Numbered from the stretch's first letter, positions 1 through 13,903 are shown. The stretch is DNA of 64,000 bases from Camelus ferus (GCF_009834535.1 NC_045696.1:33854001-33918000), one strand, 5' to 3'. Numbers and translations: made by a program. Notes: generated by a model from the letters alone, not told the origin.

Positions 1-297
1 GCCCCATGACCCTGCTGACCCTGCCACTTGCCCCTCTCTTTCTCCGAGGGATCAAGTTCTTAGTTGTCACTTTCTGCTAAGCGGATATTTACAGAGGGCT
101 CCCTGCACGCTGGGAGCTGCGCTGTTAAGACAAAGACAAAGACAAGGGATCAGCTCCGGGAAGGCTCTTCCTTTGTGGTATCCCCCTTCTTCCTCTGTAG
201 TCGTGACTTTAATAGACACCCCAAACACCCGGTGATGGTGACCAAGCTAGGATCAGCCTGGCAGTGCCCAAGCAGGCAGCCTCAGGGACCAATGGTG

Positions 298-890
298 GGC
301 TGATATTTTCAAGCACAGTAATTAGTAAAAGCAAGTGAAACAAGGATGTACATCAGAATTTCACTGTATGACCTGAGCGATTTCCTTATTGATTTGGATA
401 ATACTTTTCCAGTGTGATTTGTATATGTGGGCACTGTCCACAGTATGACTACAGACCCAACACATGTTTACATTTAATCTGTGTTATTAGAACCTATTCC
501 ATTAATTTCTTAAGTCTAGAAAATCAACGAAACTATAAGTCAAGCCCTGATTTGTAGTATTTGCCTGGCACTGTGTGCAAATACCCATCATAGCCCATTT
601 TAACTTTTACAATGTGTAGTCACTGAATACAGGTTTGGGAAGAAATTCACAGTTGCACACCTTTGCTTCTTATTTTTATCATAAAGATACAATAGACATA
701 AATAACCGCAAGAACACAGACAACAGCAAAATTTAGTGAGATAATTATGTAGAGATGAAATTTGAGTAACTATTACCTTTCTAAGTAAAATTCACTTAAC
801 TGTAAGTATATATAATTTAATTGTGGTTCAGAAATTTCAGTAATTTTAACACGACTCTGGTTAGCTAGTCTGAGTCATCTCCAGCACAAA
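298..890 (-). mobile_element. MER63-type (hAT-Blackjack) DNA transposon fossil
   Basis: Reverse complement follows remembered MER63 consensus over about 600 bp (e.g. plus strand TTTCTTAAGTCTAGA-AAATCAAC, CAAGCCCTGATTTGTAG, GATACAATAGACATAAATAACC, ends CTCCAGCACA). Confidence 0.8.
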
Positions 891-994
891 ATCCTGTCCC
901 CAAAAGAGGGATTTTGTGGTTTATATTTCTATTTGTATCTGTGTTTACTAGAACTCATACAAAAAACAAAACAAAACAAAATTAGCCTGTATTA

Positions 995-1135
995 ACATAT
1001 ATAAATGTATATATTTTTATATGTATATATACATTAAAGTGTACATATACACTTAAAAAGTATATATATATACTTTTGTATGTGTATATATAGCACATAT
1101 ATATGTGTGTGTGTGTGTATATATATACACTTTTA
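995..1135. repeat. (TA)/(TG) low-complexity tract made of short palindromes
   Basis: Directly visible; includes perfect palindromes at 1021-1034, 1056-1077 and 1115-1130. Confidence 0.9.
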
Positions 1136-2716
1136 ATTAATAGTCACTTTTCAAGGGTCCATTCTGTGCCAAGAACTGTACATCTCTTCAAATCAGTATC
1201 ATCTAGTGCAAATGTCAGCTAACTAAATGGGCCAAATCTAGGTTATTTTCGTACTGCCAGAAAGCAAGGTATGGCAAATATACATTTACATTTTAATTGA
1301 TTGTCCTTTGCACAAGGATGGTTGCTTGAAGAGTTGAGAGCAGCACTAACAATCACCTAAAGAACAAAGTTTCCAGTGTCTTTAAATGAATAGACAGATG
1401 TTACTAATAATGCTCAGCTATCCCTGTGAGGAGTTGATGCCCAGTTTGAAGTGACTAAAAAATTCTCTATCAGTAGTCTGCTTAGAACAGCTGTGTATCA
1501 GAATATTTTTAAAGAAGTTGAGAAAATACTAATTCAGTACAACCTGAAGTAGAATCTGCTAAGACATATTTCAACTGATGCTGGGAAAAATGTGTGGAGC
1601 AGAAAAAAAAATTGGATACATTTATAAAATATGTGAAATATAAAGTGTTTTAGTCTGTATTTTTTCATTTTATTATTCATCAGAAAGTACCTTCCATAAA
1701 ATATTTGAATCTATCATGTGTTATTAAACCAGCATTGTCATTGGTGAATTTCATTCACTCTGGTAGGTAGTTCTGTGATCTTTTTTGTCAGAAATTGGAG
1801 CTGAATAACCTGACTTTTGTTACCACTCAGTAGTTTGATGGGTTAGCATTCATGATGTTTTCTTGCCATTTTTTTCAGCTCAAGGGCAAGATTGGAAAAT
1901 TGCTCTTAATGAGAAGAATTGCCGTTGGCCTATGTTCATGACCACTGAATAGCCTTGGGAATTAGCTTTTGCTACAGATTCGAAAATACTTCTTAATAAA
2001 GAAACATACAATGCTCGGTGAAATAGTGCTTATATGTAGAGCTTATACCATACGAGTCATTTGGTCAACTCATGTTCTATGAATCGTTAGTATTATCTAG
2101 TTGCTCTGTTCATTTCTTATGCTGTAAAAAGTTAAAACAGAAGAAAGATCTCTCTTCCCATAAATATTTGGAGCAGATTTTTTTTAAAGATCAAACTGCG
2201 GCTCCAACAGCATTTTTCACGTTGGAATGTTAAGTACAGAAAAAAATTTATTTCAAAGTCTACTTCAAAAATTTCCAATTGAGAAGCTTCTGCCTAATCT
2301 TTCAGTTGGGAACGATTACTTCACAATGCAATGACATAAGAAAAGACAAATATCAAGAGAAGGATTCAATAGAAGTCTATAAATGCCTCGTAAGGCATAA
2401 ATATGTGCACTAAAAATCATATGCTGGTGGGCTGACGGTATTTGGCAGTACCTACCTCTGTATGTGACAAGCCATTTTCAAAGGCAAAATCCATAAAATT
2501 TCACCCCAGATCAGCATTAACATATGAGCATTTGCAATCAATTTTTATGCTGGGAAAGACTAACCCTGAATCCCAATTAAATAAAATTTTATTAAAAGAA
2601 TTCTATAGTTGTACTAGATTATTATATTTTATATTTAACCAATAAAAGTTAGCAAAACATTTTTTCTCTTGTTACAGAAATACCTTCGTAATATCCTCAA
2701 TTTTTTCTCTTTCTAG

Positions 2717-2772
2717 CAAAACCTAAAATATTTACTATCTGATTCTTTACAGAAAAAGTTTGCAGGCTCCTG
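2717..2772 (+). mobile_element. MER58 (hAT-Charlie) terminal fragment
   Basis: CAAAACCTAAAATATTTACTATCTGATTCTTTACAGAAAAAGTTTGCAGGCTCCTG matches the MER58A 3' end. Confidence 0.75.
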
Positions 2773-5700
2773 ATGTAGTTGAAAACAAAATTAACAAGCA
2801 TATATTGACTCTTTAGAATTTTTTGTGGACTCACTCTGCCTACTTAATTCCTGCAGATAACCACGAGTCAAATGTTTTATAAATTTTATAAAAAATCCAT
2901 TACAGTAGTAATAAATAATATAGATTCTTCAGTTCGTATTTAAGTATTTGGCATTAGATATATGGCCATTTAAAATGATAAAAGTAAACAATGTTGCTTG
3001 AGATAAAATATTAATTAATTAAAATCTATTATTATTGACATATATTACTGTATGCCTCTCTGCCCTGTAGAAATACTCTGTAAAAGCAGTTTGTATCTTT
3101 CTAGCTCACTATCTTCCATTTAGAGTTTAATATACATTACTATGCGTCAGTAGGCAGTACAGCAAAATGCAGCATCAGTCCAAATCACTGCATGGAGACA
3201 AGATGCCTTCAAGTTCTCTATAAAGTTGTCTTCAAGATACATTCTTGTAATGAAACTGCTTTGGAAAAGTAACTCCTACCCAGACTAAAATGATTGATAC
3301 GTTCTCAGGAAAAAGAATCCCCTATTTTGCATTCAAAAGCTATTGATAGTAAAAGGCTTCATAAGAAGATTTATGTTATTGCTTTTTTAGCAAACCAGTT
3401 TATATATCCTAGAGATCAGCATACAGATACATTACAATTGATATTTCCTTTGGCAATCATTCACTTGTTGTTCTCAAGAGGACAGAAAGTTTTTATTCCC
3501 CTGTAGAAATTCGCTTCCTTTGTCTCTAATTGTTGTGGCGATTTATAATGTGGCCAAGTTTTCCACAACAAATTCTGAATTTTCAGTTTTGCAATGTATA
3601 TTTTTTACATGGCTTACTGAACATAAACATAAAATTTCTATCCCATGAAATGTAACATGGACTGAAAATTCCCTAACTGTAAGTCATTGGTAACAGGAAA
3701 AAACTGCTATCCTACTTTCTCGATTCCACACTTAAAAATTATATAGTTATGAGTTTCTTATGAGTAGATGTATCTCTATGCTCACTTTAAGGCCTTAAAG
3801 TTTGAAAATCAATTTTAAATCTCAGGTCATTTGCGTAATGTTACACACAGAAACACTATCAGACAAGTAAGAAATGAACTCAATTGCCTTTTTATTTATT
3901 CCCTCATTAAGCATGTATTTACCTACATAAATACCTACTAAGTGCCCAGCATTGTATTAGATGCTTGATTCAGCCAAATAATAGCTATTGTACTACTTCA
4001 TTTTTATTCAGTATCCTAATGTACTGATTTTTTTAAGTTTCATGAAATGGAAACCAAGGGATTATCATTCTTTTAATGAGTGCTTCAAATATCATATTTT
4101 AAATATTTTATTATTTTATTTCCCCTAACATAGAATAATTATGCTATGAGAGAATAGCATTGTTTGTCTTTCTTCCTCCAGTTGTACTTCTAATCATCTT
4201 TCAAAATGAGCACATAAAGTCAAATTTTATCCTAAAGACTAATTTGTTGAATTGGCCTTTGCTTTAGCTTGGATTTTGCAGTATGCTTTCTTATCCTCAG
4301 AAGATGAATATATTTAATATACTTTAAATTGCATTATATTTTATGAGCTCCCAAGGGATCCATTGTTACATGAACCCAGCATTATTGTATAATTATTGCT
4401 TCAAATATCTCAAATGATGACTAATTAAACATACATGTAATACATTCATTGGTGAAAAATTTTCAACGACTTAATTTCTATTCCCTCTTGAAAGTGCCTA
4501 TATCCTCTGCATAAGAAGTTTTAAGAAGGAGCAAGTATCTCAGCAATTGAGAACATGATTAGCATCAATATTTCATAGTACAGTTGAGCGACATGGTTAA
4601 CCAGAGAAATGCCACCATCCTCCCACCCTCCAAGTAAGTGTGACTCTTAGTTTCACTAAGAAGGTGATGTACAAGGCTCCATGGAGGATGTTGGTCTATC
4701 TTTGAATGTATATCCTATTTATGGTAAATATTTATTATTACTTTAGAATAGTGTCATTAAGACACTATTCTTTATGAATATAAATTCTTAAAAAAGAATA
4801 AAAATCTTACCACTCCTTTCTTCATTGAAGCCACAATCTATATAACGAATTCTGCTAGATTCTAATTCACTACATTTCCACAGGCTTAAATTGAAGATGA
4901 ATCAGAAATCTTAGCCCTTTGGCCACTTCCACCAAGGGAAACGTTCCCAATGTGTTATTCCTGAACTATGATTTGAAATGAAGTTTTTACCAGCTTGTAG
5001 TTAGTTATATTCCATTTGTAACACAAAAACAAAGAAACATAAAAAAAGGCGAAGAGGAAACTTACATCACTCACATGGTCTGACAGTGAAAGTAGCTTAC
5101 TGATAGCCGTGAGACTCTGCGTGAGGTGATCTTTAGCACTGCATCACATTAGAGATTTTCTCTACTTACTGTTTTGTGTTAACATGTCATTTCTTTTGAG
5201 GAATGATAATAATCCTTATAGAAATGGCAGTGATAGTAACTGATTTATTTAAGGCACTAATTTTGGTTAAATTACTTGTTTGCAACATATTTCTGTTTTC
5301 CTTTTTTTCCTTAGTTTTGCTTTGCTATTTATTCATCTTTGAAATACAAAGGACCAAGAACCATAGACCGTGTGGGAGGCAAATATATTTTCCCTCACAA
5401 ATCTTCTAACAATGACTTCCAAGCAGGATGCACCTTGTGTGCTCTCCCCGCCAAAGATGAGTTCAGCATCCAAAGTACATTAGGATAGGATTGCTGTCGA
5501 TGATGACATTGTGATGTTCCTACAGCTTTGTGGTATTTGTAAGGCACTGTTAATTAGTTTTCCTTCAAAATATTCCTGTAGGGAAGGGTGGAGTAATAAA
5601 TTTCTTTGAGTTCTAGGGAGTAATTTATGCAGTAATCTCATGTAAAACAAAGCCTGTTGTTAAACTAGTCTTCGTGTTTATAAGTACAAGAACCTTTGAG

Positions 5701-6674
5701 TTCCTGACTGTCTAAAATGTTTGGATGATTCAAACTCTCTTTGAATTTGGCTCCTTTCAATATAACTCTTTTTTATATATAAATTTATATAAGCCAGTGC
5801 CTAATGTGAAAGGTTTGTAACATATTGATGCCTACAATTTAAAAATAATTTCCTATCGTTTCCAGACAATTGCCCACAAGTAGCAAGCCATTCTGGGAAA
5901 ACAAAGCAAAATGGAATAGCAACAGAAAGAGAAGAAATGCCTTAAACATGGCAATAACATTAGGAGCTTTCAGATTTCTTGCTTTTTATTTTACATTAGA
6001 GGTCAGGGAATTCTCCTCCTTAACCTTTTATAAATTATATTTCCATATTCCCTCTGTATGTTTCTTCCCTTCACTTAAAAAGAAAAAAAGCGACAAGGAA
6101 ATTCAGGTCCAGACGTTATTGAAAGAACTAAGCAAACTCTTCGTGCCTTAGTTAGGCACTACCAACACCTAGAAACCTGTGCAGGACTAGAAATGGTATT
6201 AGGATGTTTGTGGAATCAATAAACTGTTAAAGGCTAGTAAAAGATTTTGCTAAAAAATTAAGAATTGTTATATTTCTTTAAGCAATCAAAACTACACACA
6301 TGCTAAAATACCTTGTATACTTTTTTTTTAATCAGGACTATAGTCTCCTCCTTCTTTAATAATTATGACCTCTTGTAGTTGCAACGATGCCAGAATCTGA
6401 CCAATGGCAATATTGGAATGGCACTGACCACACTGTGCCCCACTTAGAGATGTCGTTTGACATATTGTGACAGGCGGCACCCACCCATAAGGACCTAGGA
6501 AAGTTCTATCCAAATGGGTCTGGGCATCCTGGTGCAAAGGTAGGCTTGGATCTCTATACCTTCTCCCTCCTCAATGTCTGACATCAATGTTAAGATCAAA
6601 ATGAAAAGTTTACAAATTCTACACATCAAAAGGAAAAAGAAAAAAAAACATTATTGGTAATAGAGTACACTGCT

Positions 6675-7101
6675 TGTTACCAGATGACCTTAACTCCACC
6701 CAAGAAACTGCAGAATATTAGAGAATAGTCAACAGTACTATGGAAATAAATTTCTAGGCACAAGATGCCCAGGGTACCATGACAGCAAACCCAAACTTAG
6801 ATAATCTGTGTTGTGGTGAGTGCTCTGTTTGACCGTACACGCAGTACATCCAGTAGCCAATTCTGGAACTCCCAGCCAGCTCTGGACTCTGCTTATTTCC
6901 TTGTTCCTTCTCACCCCAAAGCAAGTTTGACTACATGGCCCTAGGCAATCACATATTTTCTATTTTAATCTTCCTTGTTCTTTATGCTACAAAAACTTCC
7001 TGCTTTTCTGTCCCATTTTGCAGTTCTCCAAATGGAGACTGTCCACTTCATGGAGGGTTAAATAAAGTTTGTTTGTATCACCTAAATTGTCTTCTTTAAT
7101 A
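6675..7101 (+). mobile_element. Probable ERV1-type solo LTR
   Basis: Starts TGTTAC, ends TTCTTTAATA (degenerate ...TTTAACA), AATAAA near 7061, about 430 bp; family not recognised. Confidence 0.5.
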
Positions 7102-7232
7102 GTTTTTAAAACTACCCAGTTTAGACAGGGAAAGTATCAGTATTACCTGGGAGCCATTAGAAACGCAGGATTTCAGGCCCTACTCCAAATACACTTAATC
7201 ATAATCTGCCATTTACCAAGATTCCCTAGATG

Positions 7233-7967
7233 TGCTGTGTCCTCCCAAAGTTCATATGTTGAGATCCTATCCCCAAAGTGATGGCAATTGGAAGTGAGGG
7301 CTTTTGAAAGGCATTTAGGTCATGAGAGTAGAGCCCTCATGAATGGGACTAGTGTCCTCATAAATGAGGCTTCAGAGAGCTCTCTGGTCATGTGAGAACA
7401 TAAGAAGCCTGAGGTCAATGAACCAGGAAGTGGTTCTCAACAGACACCTGTTCTACCAGTGCCTTTGAATCAGGAGGGAAGAGGGCAGGGCACAACCACT
7501 GAAGGATGGCACAGCCACTGAGGACAGGGCAGACTGGTTAGGACCAAGATGGCAGAAGATTCAACTTCCAGTAGACCTGGAGCCTCGTTGCACACTCACA
7601 GGCGCCATGACAGTTCCCAGGCCGTAAAAGACCAAAAAGTGGGCAGTGGCCCAATTCCTGGAAACCCCAACCTCTTTCCCAAGTTAGTTGGAATAATTCT
7701 CCCACTTGTGAGCGTATGAAATTACCCAGCCCATAAAAACTAACCACCCTCACACCTATGGAGTGTGTACCTCCCTGAATAAATCCACTTTCATTTTACT
7801 ATGGCTTGCTCTTGAATTCTTTCTTGTGTGAGACAAGAACCTATTCTGCAGCAACACCAGGTCCCTGATCTTGGACTTCCCAGCCTCCAGAACTGTGAGG
7901 AGTAAACGTTGCATGACCCACCTGGTCTATGGTATTTTTTATGTAGCTGCCTAAATGGACTAAGACA
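7233..7967 (+). mobile_element. MLT1A-type MaLR LTR interrupted by a younger LTR
   Basis: AAGTTCATATGTTGA.., GAGCCCTCATGAATGGGA, then TGATCTTGGACTTCCCAGCCTCCAGAACTGTGAG ... GGACTAAGACA terminus. Confidence 0.9.
7460..7856 (+). mobile_element. MER41-like ERV1 solo LTR
   Basis: TG...CA, perfect 4-bp TSD CCAG (7456-7459 / 7857-7860); GCGCCATGACAGTT, CATAAAA TATA-like box, AATAAA, U5 TTGAATTCTTTCTTGTGTGAGACAAGAACC typical of MER41 group. Confidence 0.85.
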
Positions 7968-10483
7968 TGAGGGGATCAGGATACAAATTAAAATCTGAGA
8001 GGAAAAGGTAGAGGTCTATAGGACATTTGACCTGAGATTCCACCCTCTCTAGGTGAAGTACCTTGCTATACTAGTTTCAAATTAATGTTACCTACTTGAG
8101 TTTCCTTTATCTAAGGGAGTTGATACATTGTGAGAAAAAAATTCATATAGTAGTTCATCAGCTTGAATGTGTGGATGTAGATAAAGCCATGTTCTGTTAT
8201 CTCCAGTGGATGTGATAATGAAACCTATTAGTTTCATCTACTGTGTATTGTTTGAATATTTTACAACCCAACAAGTGTGCATAAAATTAAACAACAAATG
8301 CATCTGTATTGAAACAAATTATATTCCATTATGAGCATTTTGAAACCAACACTAAACTGATCAAATTAAAACTTGAATATTTCAACATCACTCAGAGGTG
8401 ACATCCTAAATAATAAGGATTTTTGTACAGCTTTAAAAACAAACCAAACTTAATAAAAACCATTTTTAAATAAATAGATGTCAGATAACATTTTGAGGAA
8501 GAAAGAGATTATACCCCACCCCCACACACATACACAATCCACGTGCCCACAAATGTTGGTTTGAAATAACTGTTCCATCTTTAGTGGATAAGAGAAGTAG
8601 GAACATTGAGCAATTTTCTACTGTCTAGTCAAGTATAAAATCAAGATATTACGAAGAGACATTATTATAATTAGCCAAAAACCCATAAACATGTTTTTTC
8701 CAAGGTATGCTAGGTACGATGATTTTAATGGATTCCTTTTACATGATATACTTCTTCACTAATGCCAAGAGATGGTCCAAAGAAGAGCCATTTTAGTTAA
8801 ATTTGATTAATAGCCCTTGCTTCTTTGCAAAACTGGAATTGTAAGAGCATAGGTAGATGCTCAACCATATAAATAAGCAAAGACAATGTGGTTTATACAA
8901 GAGACTCTCAACTGAATCATTTAGACAAGAGAGTCTCTGGAAGAAAACAGGCAAAATGAAAGTCCTTCAGGGTAGGCTGTCAGACAGAGAATAAATCAGT
9001 AATATCCTCAGACGCTAATGCAGAAACTTTTATAAAATTACATGGAAAAAAGGCATCCAGGAAAATCTTGGGAAGTGAGCTATGTGCACAAACTTGTGTG
9101 ATAATTTGTTACAAGTAACTAATTTTAAGAAAGAAGAGTAACTAAGCAGAAGCATTTTATATTATCGTTCTCTTCTTTATCACTCGAAGTCTTGGTTGAG
9201 CTACTTCATAATTCTCTATCAGTACAAGTACATTCATAGGGTAGAGCTTCCACTGACTTGGTTAAACTCTACAAATCTGGCTTGTGTAGAAGTTCTCTGG
9301 AGGGACACAGAGAGAATACTTACCGAACTTAAATAAAAGACATATACACGTCATCTGCTCTATGTCCAGACATTCACGATCAAAAAAGATTGTGTCCAAG
9401 TCTCCACAAATTTTAAAGATTGCCAAGGTTAATACTGAATATAATTGATGCTGAATTAGTTGTCCTGCCTTTAAAAATGTCATTTTGAAATGAATTAGAG
9501 AAATACAGGGAAAGAAAAAACATTAATTAAATTAGTTTAACTACTAACTGCTTTCTGTATTTCGGTTACTCTACTAAATACATTCATCAGCTCACATAAT
9601 ATTTACACAGTTTCTCTGGGTTAGCTACTATTTTTATCTCAATTTTACAAACCAGAAAAATAGAGAGCTGAAAGATTCTATTAGTAAACCAAATTCATAT
9701 ACTTCTATATGGTGGAGCAAGTGAATTCAAATGCAACAAGATACTGTGAATACAAATGCCTTTCATATATAAATACACCCATTTAAATTATATGTGGATG
9801 CTAATTATGAGCATTTCTGCATAATTTATCCATATGAATCTTTCTGTAATTATTTTTTTCAGAAAACATAAGATTGTTGCCAAAATTTATTTTCTTTACC
9901 CTTTCTCTGTGACTACAATGATTGATTTCTCTATGGCATTTTCATTATCAAAAGAGAAGTGATGGGCAAAAATGTCATCTGTTACAGAAAGGTAAATAAA
10001 AGGAACACAGAGAGGAAGCTGCTGGTCACTGATGATTGCTCCCAGATCATTTTCAGAATGATAATGAAAGCAGAGACTGAGTTGCATAAATTTGACAGAA
10101 GGAGGCAGCAAATAAAGAACATGTTTCAAGCAGCATAGCAGCAATGAGAAGCAGGGAGGCAGTGATTTAGAGAGGAGTCATAAACTATTTTCGTCTTCAT
10201 ATTAAAGACTAACATTGAAGGAAAAATGGATCACACAAAAGAAGGTTTTGAAACTACCAAAAAGAAATGATACTGAAGTTGCATGACAGAAATAGAGCAA
10301 ATAAAGGGATAAAGATGAAAAGCATAGTTACTGGTTTTAGGCTGGCCAAGTGGGAAGGCTATTTCTGTTCAGCTTGGAATTAAAAAAAGGGGGGGGGGAC
10401 TAATGAGAGAAAATATAAGAATCACTGTCCTTTGGAAATTAAACGTAATAAAATGTTATAGTTGGGATAAATTTTTAGATCTA

Positions 10484-11355
10484 AAGAACCCTCAAAAACT
10501 TATCACAAAAGCAAACAAATAACCTAATGTAAAAATAGGCAAAAGGTTTGAATGGGTACTTCACCAAAGAGGATATAAGAAGGGCTAATGAGCATGTAAA
10601 AACTGCTCATATCATTAGCTATTAAGGAAATATAAATTAAAACCATGATGAGATACCACTACATATCTATTAGAATGGCTAAAAATAATTCTGACAATAC
10701 TAAGTGTGGTTAATAATGCAGAGCAACTGGAACTTTTTTACATTACTGGTAGGAATGCAAAAAATAATAAAGCCACTTTGGAAGAGTTTAGCAGATTTTT
10801 GTTTTGTTTTGTTTAAGTTAAATGTGCAGTTACCATCTGACTCACCAGTCCCACTACTGGGTATTTACCCTAGAGAAATAAAAATGTATGCTTACACAAA
10901 AACCTCCATGGAAAATTTTATAGTAGCCCTATGTATAATCACCTAAACAGGAAACAACTCAAAAGTCCTTGAGCACATGAAAGATAAACAATGGTACATC
11001 CATAGAGTGACATATTATTCATCAATAAAAAGGCTCAAGCTATGGATATATGCAACAACTTGGATGAATTTCAAGGAATTACACTGAGTGAAAGAAAACA
11101 GCCTCAAAAGTTTACATAATCTACAATTCTGTTTATATGACAGTCTCTAAAAGCTGTAGTGATGGAGAACTGATGAATGGTTGCCAGGGATTAAAGATGA
11201 AGGAGGGTATATCTATAAAGACATAGAACAAGAGGGTTTTCTGAGGTGATGGAACTCTTCTATATCCTAAACACGTGTGTGTGTGTGTGTTTGTGTGTGT
11301 ATTCATAAAACAGTACACCAGAAAAGTAATTTTACTGAATAATAATTTTAAAACA
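10484..11355 (+). mobile_element. Old L1M (L1MD/L1ME-like) 3' fragment
   Basis: Decayed ORF2 C-terminus (ORF 10704: PLWKS..LP.D..VPLLGIYPREIK.Y...K) followed by L1M 3' UTR motifs (GGTTGCCAGGG, GGTGATGGAAC). Confidence 0.85.
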
Positions 11356-12418
11356 TATATTTCAGGTTGGGTCTGATGAAAGATCATAAAACAAAATGAG
11401 AGCTAGATTGCCTTGTACAATAAAATCATTGGAATGATGGCATTGTCTTCTGGCTACATAAGTAAAACATTGGAAAAATTTGAAAAGGAGGTGGGACAAG
11501 GAAGGACTGGCAAAAAACTCCCCGGCAATATGAGGCAAGCCGGTGAAAATTCCCGGCTGCAAGAGGAAATTATCAGCTCGTATGTTTTTTCCTCTTATGT
11601 TGATGATGACGCCTTGCCTCTGTTACTTCCAAATGTTCAATAAAAATTCTGTTTTGCACAGAAGTTACACATTAGAGTTACTTGGTCGAATATAGAAGTG
11701 GTCTCTGTCCATATATGGAGCAGCTGGAGCCACAAGCAAAGAGAAGAGCAGCTGAAGGAAACAAGACGGAAGAAGAGGACTGAGAATCCAAAGTGGTAGA
11801 GAAGGTGTAGAAAAACACTCCTCCTGCTTAGCAATCTTCTGCAATACTGTGATGGGTGTGGCCATGCTCCATGGAGTGAGATTTATGTCTAGTCAAGAAA
11901 AAGGCTCAGGGTCTTGGGGACACCTGGGTTATATATATATAGCTAGGAAATAGAATGCTGAGGTACCTTCTCAACTTTGCCAATGGGAACTTCACAACCA
12001 TGATTTTCATAATTTAAGTTATCTGATACTTATCTCCTGTATGGAGAAGAAATTTTTTCATTAAGTCAAATATATTCTACTGAGAGTGCATATTATTAGA
12101 TACGATTCTAACGATCTTATTATTTACCTTTCTACACCTTTGTCAACTCTCACACTCACTATTTTATTGTAATGTTTTTAAATCTCCATAAAAACCCATT
12201 TGGGCATCTGATAAGGCATTGACGATAGCACTGTGGCTGTAACAGCATGAACTGACCATCTATCAATTGCCTTTGGGTGGCTTGTATCCTCTCAGGTGCC
12301 AGGCCTTCTCCAAACCAGTAATAGCCCCAAAATATACTGTGACTTCTGCCATTTTCACACTGTCCTTTGCAGCATCTCAGTCAAAGTCAAACACAGAAAA
12401 GGATGATATCATTTGTAG

Positions 12419-12574
12419 GTAGTTAAAACTTAAACTTTTAAAAAGTTTAAAGACAACAGGTAGTTAAAAGACAACAGAGAAGTAAGCTGGGTTATGAAAA
12501 GTTCTGTTAAAAGACAGTAGTTAAAAGTAGTTAAAAGACAACACAGAAGTATGCTGGGTTATGAAAAGTTCTGT
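12419..12574. repeat. Imperfect tandem duplication of a 48-bp unit with patchwork spacer
   Basis: 12460-12507 and 12527-12574 differ at 2 positions; GTAGTTAAAA occurs 4 times. Confidence 0.9.
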
Positions 12575-12721
12575 GACATGAACAGCATAACCCTTTGGTT
12601 TTACTGCAGATTTGAGTGAAACCAACAGTGATATAGCACTCTGTTATTATTATTATCCTAGCAAGAATATAACTTTTAGAAACCATGTTGGCTCCTACCT
12701 CATTTTTATTCACTTATTTTT

Positions 12722-13903
12722 TAAATTTTTATTGAAGTATAGTTGATTTACAATGTTGTGTTAGTTTCTGGTGTACAGCATATGATTCAGTTTTATATAT
12801 ATTATTTTTCATAACAGATTATTATAAGATATTGAATATAGTTTCCTGTGCTATACAGTAGGACTTTGTTGTTTATCAATTTTGTTTATGGTAGTTTGTA
12901 TATGCTAATTCCAAACTCCTAATTTATCCTTTCCCCTTTGGTAACCATAAGTTTGTCTTCTATGTCTGTGTATTTGTTTCTGTTTTGTAAATAACTTCAT
13001 TTGTGTCATTTTTTTAAGATTCCGCATATAAGTAATATCATGTGATATTTTTCTTTCTCTGTCTGGTTTACTTCACTCAGTACAACAATCTCTAGGTTCA
13101 TCTGTGTTATTGCAAATGGTATTATTTTATTCTTTTTTATGGTTGAGTAGTATTCCATTATATAAATATACCACAACTTCTTTATCCAGTCATCTGTCGA
13201 TGGACATTTAGGTTGCTTCCATGTCTTGGCTATTGTCAATAGTACTGCTATGAACACTGGGGTGCATGTATCTTTTCAAATTGGAGTTTTCTCTGAATAT
13301 AAGCCAGGAATAAAATTGCTAGATAATACGGTAACTATTTTTAATTTTTTAAGGCATACCCATACTGTTTTTCATAGTGGCTGCACCAAATTACATTTGC
13401 ACCAACAGTGTAGGAGAGTTCCCTTTTCTCCACACCCTCTCTAGCGTTTATTGTTTGTGGACTTTTTAACGATGGCTGCTCTGACTGGTGTGAGGTGACA
13501 CCTCATTGTAGTTTTGATTTGCCTTTCTCTGATCATTAGCAATATTGAGCATTTTTTCCCATGTGTCTATTGGCCATCTGTATGTCTTCACTGGGGAAAT
13601 GTTTGTTTAGGTCTTTGGCCTATTTTTTGATTGGGTTGTTTGGATTTTGGTTTTAAGTTGTATGAGCTGTTTGTATATTCTGGAAGTTAAATCTTTGTCA
13701 GTTACATCATTTGCAAATATTTTCTCCCATTCTGTGGGTTGTCTTTTCATTTTGTTCATGGTTTCCTTTGTTGTGTGAAAACTTATAAGTTTAATTAGGT
13801 CCCATTTGTTTATTTTTTATTTCTACTGCCTGGGTAGACTTACCTAGGAAAACATTGCTACGATTTTTGTCAGAGAATTTTTTTTGAAACTTATGTCAGA
13901 GAA
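12722..13903 (-). mobile_element. 5'-truncated artiodactyl-type L1 (ORF2 C-terminus + 3' UTR)
   Basis: ORF 13006-13257 ([32 protein letters not shown]...) is the L1 ORF2p C-terminus; TSD ACTTATTTTT at 12712-12721 and 13904-13913 with TTTT/GA endonuclease site. Confidence 0.95.

Larger units (their letters stand above)
7102..8000 (+). mobile_element. MER5A1-type hAT MITE, interrupted by MLT1A
   Basis: 7102-7232 matches MER5A1 body (ATTACCTGGGAGC..TTAGAAA..TCAGGCCC..AATCTGC..AAGAT.CCC); right end ACAAATTAAAATCTGAGA at about 7984-8000. Confidence 0.7.

Noticed and set aside
9324..9468. Possible minus-strand coding exon (open frame, G/GTAAGT donor)
   Set aside because: Weak AAG acceptor with poor pyrimidine tract, peptide unrecognised, no partner exons.
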